From: Octopus vulgaris
Taxonomy: Eukaryota
Assembly (NCBI GenBank): GCA_951406725.2
Contig: OX597814.1
Location: 16,988,001 to 17,052,000, forward strand
Direction of reading: 5' to 3'
DNA length: 64,000 nt
The translations under genes were made by a program, and so were the position numbers. Each line of letters starts with the position of its first letter. The stretch's first letter is position 1. The notes under the pieces were generated by a model that ran no database searches, was not told the origin of the DNA, and saw only the letters and a program-made list of their open reading frames with translations. Below, in pieces: positions 54,871 through 64,000 of the stretch.

Positions 54871-56206
54871 CACAATGTAACACATGTTTTGTTTATTTGT
54901 ATATTTTAATGTTCATATATGCATTTTTTGTCACTAAATTCAAAAATCACATTCGTTTTGACGTAACATCGATAGTTATTTATTTATTCCGAATTTCATA
55001 TTTGCTCGTTATATTTGTAACTTTTCTCTACAGCGCTTTGTTGGTTCAATCTATTCTGTATTGTAAGGATAATTACACAACATTTAGTACTTTTTCATAT
55101 ATTGAAAGGTATTTATGAAGTATAATATTAGTTAGAAGAAAAAGAAACAATAAAACTCTGCACTGTAAATGCCTTAATAACTCTTTTCTTAAGAAGAGAA
55201 GTGCTTTCACGATCGAGATTTTCTCGAGTGTATACCTTCATCTCATATGACTAGAGACCATATATAATCTCCCATCATAGCAGTATTCCATCGTCCTTGG
55301 TATCTTCTTTCCATAGTTGCGATGTCCTGATGAAATCTCTCACCATGATCCTCACTTCATGGCGTTTCCAGTACACAGATATTTTGCAGTCTTCCCCCAG
55401 TAGATTCCATTCCTTCAACCTTCATGAAAGTTCAGCTCTTGACTTAGTAAGACCCAGATCCCCGATTAAATCATCTAGCTCACTCTGATTTGGAAAGTGA
55501 AGCTCTGAAGTCGTTCATGGTTCCGAAAGCTTCCTCCATTTCTTGGCTGCTGCTACTTGTTGACTCTTCAGATGAAATATTTTCTGGTGGTAGTGGTACT
55601 CGTAAACTGTCAGGTGCTCTAGATGATGGTATGTCTGAATACTGAAGAGCTTGCCTTCTTTTCACTTTTCTGTACTTTGTAACAATCATCGTGATGGTTC
55701 TTTGGCTCTCTCCATACCCTTGGAATGGCAAACAACATTGACCTTCCTGTACCTCTTAACCATCATTCTAGAGTAGACTGACAGCTTCCACATATCACAT
55801 GTGGGGGCCCATGGTTTGTCCTGGTCACCCATGGGCATTCCGAAATAGTCTGTACGCTATCCACAATTTAGCACCTTTCGCGATCTTATGTAATACCTAG
55901 TTTTTTCCAATATAATAACCACACATATAGCAAAATGTATCAGGATAATTTTTACATATTCTAGTAGCCATCCTGAAAGTAGCAGAACTTAGAAGTTGGT
56001 CTGAAAAAGAAAATTAAACATACATTTAGTAGCGGAACATTATAACAATACCGAATACATAATAACATTGAAAGTCGACATATTTTTTTAACTGTTGATG
56101 ATACACAAAAAATAATTTCCTTTTTGGAATCAGCAGAAAAAAATGGATTGATAAACAAAAAAAAAATACAATAAACAAATTTTTATTTTTTAATTGTTAC
56201 GTTGTG
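54871..56206 (-). mobile_element. Chapaev3-like (CMC) DNA transposon, internally deleted
   Basis: TIRs CACAATGTAACA / CACAACGTAACA. Minus-strand transposase remnants CKNYPDTFCYMCG, GDQDKPWAP, DCY, SRLKEWNLL, then HGERFHQDIATMERRYQGRWN...MMGDY.WSL. The superfamily is assigned from recalled motifs. Confidence 0.75.
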
Positions 56207-56417
56207 TAGTAGAAAGAATTAATGTATTAGTTTATTTTTTACATTAAATGGTGTAAAATTGAAAGAGATTTTTCTACTATGTCTTGGAGACCAACCAACT
56301 GCTGGTTTAATGGCTGGGTCAAGTGAAAAAGAAAAAAAAAGAAATCTATAAGATAATATATTGAAAGAAAAATAAAACATTTGTATTTACATAACTTTAT
56401 CAGTTACTATATTTGTA

Positions 56418-56476
<59 letters not shown>

Positions 56477-57041
56477 GGGCGATGAAAGAATGAGGAAAAA
56501 GGAGCGATACAAAAGGAGTAACTAAATACCTTACAGTTAACGTTAGCAGCAAATTGCTACAATAAATATACTGGTCATTGAGGGATTTCGTTATGAATGT
56601 GTGAATAAAGACAGTCTTGTTAGAGCAGCTGTTGATTGGGGTATGTACCAGTCACGACAAGAAACTAGAGAAATATGTTTGTTCGCTTTCTTACTTCTTT
56701 TTGCATCTTTCTCTCTCCGTCGTTCTCGTCAAATTTCAGTATCGTCTCTCTGTCTCTCTTTCTCTCTCTTTTTTTTTACTCTTTCTCCCTCGCTATTTGC
56801 TCTCTTTCATATCTCCTCCCTTACGGATGGCTGGTACGTTTCACCACAACTCTTTCGTTATTGATAGTATACTTACAAACATACGCTGGAACTTAGGGAT
56901 CATCCAGTAAATTGTTTTGCTGAACGCGACACGCTTATATTTTTGTGATTATACGTGTTTCTATACTATGTATGTTTATGTGCGGGTGTTTGAGCATATA
57001 CGTGTATCTGTTTGAGAATATATGTGTATATATATTTCAAG

Positions 57042-57271
57042 GGCGGCGAGCTGGCAGAAACGTTAGCACGCCGGGCGAAATGCGTAGCCGTATTTTGTCT
57101 GTCGTTACATTCTGAGTTCAAATTCCGCCGAGGTCGAATTTGCCTTTCATCCTTTCGGGGTCGATAAATTAAGTACTAGTTTCGCACTGGGGTCGATGTA
57201 ATCGACTTAATCCCTTAGTCTGTCTTTGTTTGTCCCCTCTATGTTTGGCCCCTTGTGGGTAGTAAAGAAAT
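57042..57271 (+). mobile_element. SINE, ggcggcgagctggcag family
   Basis: Full-length copy. Confidence 0.9.
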
Positions 57272-57639
57272 ATATATGTGTATATATGTGTGAATAGGTA
57301 TGCAGATCAATGAATTATTATTGAGTTAAAATATTTCTTTATATTTTCTATAACACGCTACAATGACGGTTACAAATTTTATTTGAGGAAAAACAAACAC
57401 ACACACATTCACGCACACAAATATGCGCACACACATACATGTATGTGTGTTTGAGTGCGTGTTTGTATGTCTGTATGTGTTTTGTATGTATAGATTTTGA
57501 GACAAAATTGTGCAATTGAATCTATGAGAAATAATTAGTACAAAATGCATATATTTTTTATTTCCGAAATTGGTTAAGTATGCATGAATATAATTGCCTT
57601 TGCTTCTCCTATGCTTCTTGGCCAGTGTATTACATATAT

Positions 57640-57869
57640 ATTTCTTTACTACCCACAAGGGGCTAAACACAGAGGGGACAAACAAGGACAGGCAAACGGA
57701 TTAAGTCGATTCCATCGATCCCATTGCGTAACTGGTACTTAATTTATCGACCCCGAAAGGATGAAAGGCAAAGTCGACCTCGGCGGAATTTGAACTCGGA
57801 ACGTAAAGACAGACGAAATACGGCTACGCACTTCGCCCGGCGTGCTAACGTTTCTGCCAACTCGCCGCC
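57640..57869 (-). mobile_element. SINE, ggcggcgagctggcag family
   Basis: Full-length reverse-complement copy. Confidence 0.9.
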
Positions 57870-57909
57870 TTTGTGTATTACATATACTTACCCTTGAGTA
57901 GTTTATTAT

Positions 57910-58035
57910 GGCGGTGAATTGGCCGAATGCTAGATCATCGGACAGCATCCTTCACTGTATTTCTTCCGGTTATCCGTGCACTCAGTTCAAATCCGGGCCA
58001 TGCCACCTTCGCCTTTCCTCCTTTCGGAATCAATA
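57910..58035 (+). mobile_element. Old diverged SINE fragment of the same superfamily
   Basis: ggcggtgaattggccgaa...agttcaaatcc...gcctttcctcctttcgg. Confidence 0.55.
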
Positions 58036-58614
58036 CTGGAACGCAAAACTTTTGGATCGGATACGTTCCAATTCTTCGGCTCGTTACGATCTGGCTTCAA
58101 ATCGCAACGTAACCTATTTAGGTTGCAGACTTAATTCATCGTCCGGGTTAACACTAGCACCTGGCAACTTTAGTCAAGTCCATTCTCGTGTAAACATTCG
58201 GGTCCGTTTTGCAGTTTAACGATACATACCTCCCACCTCTTCACTAGTTTTGAAGTCTCCATACTGAGTGTGAGCACTACATTCTTTACTGACAAAAAGT
58301 AAGAAAAATCAACACCAGGTAACAAACAGGTTACAAAGAGATTTTATTTAACTTTTTTTCAGGTTATCGCTAGCAAAAATGAATCATTCATATGACAATC
58401 AATTTTGTTATTTGCATTCATTTCCTATCACCTAGAATTATTTAACAATGTTTATAATCAAGATAAATAGGGATAAATAGCAGGCTTAACTGAGATAATT
58501 GCGTTACTGCATTTAAGTGTATTAGCTTATCTCTCAATATTAACCTCTTTTATAAATAGCTCTATACAAAGCAGATTTTAGTAGTAGATACACACACACA
58601 CATACACACACACA

Positions 58615-58644
<30 letters not shown>

Positions 58645-58650
<6 letters not shown>

Positions 58651-59340
58651 ATTATAACAAGGGATTGGCTATGAGCCTCTCCACGCGCTAGAAAATAGAC
58701 ACCAAAAGACGCTAATACTTATTTCTTTACTACCCACAAGGGGCTAAACAGAGAGAAGACAAACAAGGACAGACAAACGGATTAAGTCGATTATATCTAT
58801 CCCAGTGCGTAACTGGTACTTATTTAATCGACCCCGAAAGGATGAAAGGCAAAGTCGACCTCGGCGGAATTTGAACTCAGAACGTAGCGACAGACGAAAT
58901 ACCGCTAAGCATTTCGCCCGGCGTGCTAACGATTCTGCCAGCTCGCCGCTAACACCATCTTAAAAACCCCGAAAAATAAAATTAAGGGCTGTAGTCAACA
59001 AAAAGAAAAACAGTGAATTAAACTTTTGGTTAAACGTGTATAAGATCCCGTTTCAAGCTTAAGGTAAAAAATTATAGCCATTGCTATCTTCAGCAACGTT
59101 ACTCTATAGCATAAATTCACGATTATCTACACATACGTATACGAGCAGCGACTTAGTACAGCAAATATATATACACACTCCTAAATATACACAGTAAAGT
59201 AGAATTCCCATCTCTCTATTCAGCCACGTGTAGTATATCAAAACAACTTTGCAGTAAATGCAGCTTTGATCAAGGAGTAAGTTTTACAAATATATACTAC
59301 AGAGTAACGTTGCTGAAGATAGCAGTAGGTATATATATAT

Positions 59341-59421
<81 letters not shown>

Positions 59422-59449
59422 ATGTATGTATATATATATATACATACAT

Positions 59450-59502
<53 letters not shown>

Positions 59503-59601
59503 TTAAGCTTGAAACGGTATCTTATGCCCCAAAAGACGTTAAGGTGTTTATTTTCTAGCGCATGGAGTGGCTTATAGACTATACCTTGTTATAATTATGT
59601 A
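58645..59601. mobile_element. Diverged foldback element (arms about 58645-59110 and 59297-59601)
   Basis: Three inverted blocks in mirrored order. A SINE is inserted in the left arm and a microsatellite in the right arm. Confidence 0.65.
58719..58948 (-). mobile_element. SINE, ggcggcgagctggcag family, nested in the foldback arm
   Basis: Full-length copy with TSD-like gctaatac / gctaacac. Confidence 0.9.
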
Positions 59602-59693
59602 AATAATAATTATAATATTTGTAATATTTACCTATAAGGTTATTTCCACGCTGACCCCTTAGTAAAATCATTAAAAATTTTTACCCTTTATTG

Positions 59694-59765
<72 letters not shown>

Positions 59766-59805
59766 CAATAAAGGGTAATATATATATATATATATATATA
59801 TCAAC

Positions 59806-60210
59806 GCGGCGAGCTGGCAGAAACGTCAGCACGCCGCGCGAAATGCTTAGCGGTATTTCGTCCGCCGCTACGTTTTGAGTTCAATTTCCGCCGAGGTCGA
59901 CTTTGCCTTTCATCCTTACGAGGTCGATAAATTAAGTACCAGTTACGCACTGGGGTCGATATAACCGACTTAATCCGTATGTCTGTCCTTGTTTGTCCTC
60001 TCTGTGTTTAGCCCCTTGTGGGTAGTAAAGAGATAGGTATTTCGTCTGCCGCTACGTTCTGAGTTCAAATTCTGCCGAGGTCGACTTTGCTTTTCATCCT
60101 TTCGGGGTCGATTAAATAAGTCGCACTGGGGTCGATATAATCGACTTAATCCATTTCTCTGTCCTTGTTTGTCCCCTTTGTGTGTAGCCCCTGTTGGGCA
60201 GTAAAGAAAT
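59806..60210 (+). mobile_element. Head-to-tail SINE dimer (full copy plus 5'-truncated copy from 60036)
   Basis: The second unit restarts at ggtatttcgtctgcc directly after the first tail. Confidence 0.85.
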
Positions 60211-60257
60211 ATGATATATGTATATATATATATGTACGTATGCATGTATGTATGTAT

Positions 60258-60662
60258 ATAGTAAAATTAGTATGCCAACAGAATGTGGCAGTTCTATAAA
60301 GGACGATGTTTCTGTTATTTTCGCCCAAGGAAAACACCTTTTCCAATTCGCTATCGACACACAGTTTGTGTCGATATAGCGTTTGCAAGGGAGGTAATCA
60401 TTCCCATCTCTAGCCTGAAGTGATACTCATAGACCTAGATTTCTGGGCGGTTACCCATACTCAGTGTGAAACAAGCACAGGCTAGTGACGAAATCTTTCT
60501 CCACTCACAAATTCTATATATTCTTTAAATGGCACACACAACGCTGATCTCGTATAGAGATAAACAACTTGAGCGACTTATATACAACAACAGTACCGAA
60601 TAGTAAAATTTATATGCCAACAGAATGTGGCAGTCCTATAAAGGACGATGTTACTTCTGTTT
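60258..60662 (+). mobile_element. 342-bp unit with about 60-bp terminal direct repeat and a degenerate hammerhead-like fold
   Basis: atagtaaaatt..tatgccaacagaatgtggcagt.ctataaaggacgatgtt at 60258 and 60600, with internal hairpins. Confidence 0.55.
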
Positions 60663-61038
60663 TATAATTGATTCTTAATTATAATTATAAATAATTAATT
60701 ATTAATTATAATTAATTATTAATTATAATTGAGGGCAGAGGAAGTACTAGCTTTACTAGAAATAAGAGTCGAAAAATACTCAGATAAGCCACCATTTCAC
60801 TGAAAATATAAGAGGCTGATGGAAATCGAAGGAGGACCAAAATGTAACGGACTATTGTGGTACAAAGTCGCGAATGAGGATCACAGATATACTTATGTCA
60901 CGTGATTTCGAACTTTGTGATATTTCCCTTAGTTCCCTTAGTTCCCATCAGTAGATTTCACTGTTAGCCAAGGGTTAAACGTATGCTCGCTACGTTATGC
61001 CAGTCAAAATCGTTGAAAGGATTATATATATATGTGTG

Positions 61039-61132
<94 letters not shown>

Positions 61133-61291
61133 AGCTTAGAGAAGAAGAAACGAAACGAAACCAAACGAATTGACGCGAAGGCGCTCAGTCATACAATATT
61201 GTAAAAAATAAAATATATACATACATACAAACATATATGTACGTACCTACATCTACATGTATATATACATGCATATATAAATATATATACG

Positions 61292-61475
61292 TGTGTACAG
61301 GACAGCACAAATAGACGTAGAACTCAACGAGAAACGAAAACGTAAAAACACCATCGAACGGACCATTCCTTTAACAACGAAATAACAGAGTGCAAGACAA
61401 CTACACAAGGAAAAATCCCCTTCATCAGCCGTCCCTAGTTCAACTCCAGAGTGTTTCGAAGGTGAGGACAGAACA
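61292..61475 (-). mobile_element. Short element 3' end in (TA)n, related to the 26860-27383 type
   Basis: The minus strand has GAAA-N25-CTGATGAagg and ends in gtcctgtac. Confidence 0.5.
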
Positions 61476-61488
61476 TATATATATATAT

Positions 61489-61580
61489 GGAGAATTCACA
61501 AAAATAAACAAAAGACGAAGACAGGTGGTGTAGACAACAAATAGATGTATTAGTATAACGCTCGGGAAGTGAAATAAAGG
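61489..61580. repeat. TA-flanked repeat end, related to 41244-41290
   Basis: Shared gaagacaggtggtgt block. Confidence 0.6.
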
Positions 61581-61623
61581 GAACACAGAAAGAAACAAGG
61601 AAAGAAAATAAATAAATAAAATC

Positions 61624-61626
<3 letters not shown>

Positions 61627-61702
<76 letters not shown>

Positions 61703-61726
61703 AGAGAGAGAGAGAGAGATAAATAA

Positions 61727-61819
<93 letters not shown>
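61627..61819. repeat. Compound (TA)n-(GA)n-(GATA)n microsatellite
   Basis: Read directly. Confidence 0.95.
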
Positions 61820-62262
61820 CATACACACATAACCTGCCCAACACAAATTGAAATTACTTGGGCAGAGAAGACTTTCACTCGCTCTGAGGTACATAGTCAC
61901 ACATACATTCATAATTGTTTCTCTACATCTGAAATATATTTGAACAAGCTTGTCTGTACGATTGTCTGTGTATATCACTGCGGATTTTCGAAGATCAGCC
62001 TAAGATATTTTCTTGTGATGCGTTTAACGTGAATTTCAGTTTTGCTTACCGAATTCCAACAAGTAGTATGAGCCCTACTAGAATCCCATAAATGTTCGAG
62101 AAAAGGGGCTAAGATCATTCTGATAGCGCAAGCTTTACCCTTCACACTTTTGAAATCGAAATGTTGATTTTGAAGCTAGAATTTAAATTCCTTTGACTGA
62201 TGAAACAGTACTTAATTATTTACGTTTCTTTGCTTAATTTAGTACTTCGTAATTGTGATCCT

Positions 62263-62531
62263 TGTGGAGGCACATAGCCTAGTGGATAGAGAAGCAGACT
62301 CGCGGAGGCGGGATCGCGGGTTCGAATCTCAGACCGGGCGATGTGTGTGTATATGAGCGAAACACCTAAGCTCCATGCGGCTCCGGCAGAAGGTAATGAT
62401 GAAATTCTGCTGACTCTTTTGCCACAACTTTCTCTCACTCTTCCCTCCTGCATCTTGGGGACCTAAACGCCAAGGAAACCGGGAAAGCGGCCCTGTGAGC
62501 TAGGCATAGCTTGAGAAGGAACAAACAACAA
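62263..62531 (+). mobile_element. tRNA-derived SINE (tgtggaggc head) with target-site duplication
   Basis: A-box tagcctagtgg, B-box ggttcgaatctc, flanking aattgtgatcctt / aattgtggtcctt. Confidence 0.82.
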
Positions 62532-63044
62532 TTGTGGTCCTTGCTTTAAAAACATCCTCGAATTTAATTGTATTGACCACCTAACTTGTCCAAATTAAAG
62601 GTCACGTAAAGTCAAAAATCAAATAAATTAATATTTATCTTTATCCGTCCATTATAATAACCACTTCGTGTGTTAGGTGAAATGTATAGGTAATAGTTTT
62701 GTAGCATTAAAAAGCAGCTCGTAATTAAGGCAAGAGCTTAAATCGAATGCCGTGTCAGATCAATAGCACATGTGTTTCATTGTGTGAGGCTGAACCAGTT
62801 TCATCTGGTGTCTCTAGTCGACAACAATGTCAGAAAATATAGAATAAATGTTATAGGCTAAAGTACATTAAAATGCTAATAGTGCATAACAGAACAATAT
62901 CACAGAGTCAAAACACCAACCGTATTTGGAAACAATATTTTCAGAGGCATTTTAGCATAAATTTGTTTTTATATTCTTGGCCTTTGAATATCGCTGGTGT
63001 CGCATCACAAGACCTTTAATTCAACAGACAATAAAACAGAGACA

Positions 63045-63105
63045 TTACGTCAGTCATTACGTCAGACATGACGTAAGATCCCCCTCCCACCAAAAAAAAA
63101 TGGCG
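63045..63105. promoter_or_regulatory. Candidate promoter module: three CRE/ATF-like sites plus a YY1-like motif
   Basis: TTACGTCA at 63045 and 63057, TGACGTAA at 63069, AAAATGGCG at 63097. Motif match only. Confidence 0.35.
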
Positions 63106-63253
63106 TAGACATCATATTTATTTTTCTATAAATAGTTTATTTTTCATCCGACCGACCGGTGAAGACACAGGCAAAAAAAAAAAATTAACAGGAAAGATGG
63201 ATTGAATGAATATTTGATTTCTTAGCTAACTTCAATAATACAAAAAAAAAAGC

Positions 63254-63285
<32 letters not shown>

Positions 63286-64000
63286 CATTTTTACCGTCCG
63301 AAAATATTTGCGCGGTTTCAAAGCGGATGACAATAAATCACAGCTTTACATATGTTGACGACTGATCAATGGTCGTATCCTAGATGGTCTATTATTTATT
63401 TAGTTATTTTTATTTCTATTTCTATTTCCACTCTGTAGTTTTCTTTCTTACGCCCTTCCTTTTCTCATTCTCCTTCTCCTCCTCCTCCTCCTCCTCCTAC
63501 TCCTCCGCCTTCCCAACACTTTTTCTTGTCTCATAGCATCTCTCCTTTCCCAGTAGAATTTCTCACAAATCGAAGATAAAAAAAAAAAAAAAGGAAGAAA
63601 TATCACGATGCAAAGTTTAAGTATTGAATAAAAACGAACGCACAATTGTGACCCAATACTCCATCATTCTTATATTGTATTGCCCTTCCGGCTCTTTGTC
63701 CAAAATACCGCTGAACTTTTCGCTATAACAATTGCTTTTATAGTAGTTTTGGTAGAGTGTACGCCCGCGGTTGTAATCATTTTTGTGGTCAATGTGGACA
63801 TAGTACGCGACAGAATGATGAATTCTGTTATGATAATGTTTATCGTTCTTTTCGCCTTACGTCTTTTGTTAGCACGTAGGTTGCTGTTTCTGATATGGTT
63901 GTTGTCGTTGTTGTTGTTGTGATGGTGGTGGTGGTGGTGGTGTTGATGGTGGCGGCGGCGGCGGTGGCGGTGTTGCTGCTGTTGTTGGTGGTAGTTGTGG

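Overview
Eukaryotic, repeat-dense DNA with no confidently identifiable host gene. The SINE families and dense (TA)n tracts resemble those of octopus/cephalopod genomes (inference). Bases 1-21996 are one 13-bp satellite (consensus SCCAAATAGCCAA) with higher-order structure. It ends at a short CpG-rich junction and a 22-bp GCGCATGCGC minisatellite. The remaining 42 kb holds tRNA-derived SINEs of about three families, a non-autonomous Helitron family, CR1-like and R4/Dong-like LINE relics, an internally deleted Chapaev3-like DNA transposon and microsatellites. The most interesting signal is a set of (TA)n-anchored Penelope-like elements. These include a young GIY-YIG element with about 1.08-kb inverted pseudo-LTRs, and hammerhead ribozymes from different families that share a long stem II and an 8-nt palindromic stem III (ACAATTGT, ACACGTGT, ACATATGT). 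Several non-coding, partly tandem or foldback derivatives carry degenerate or permuted hammerhead motifs. All calls are by eye; no searches or folding were run.
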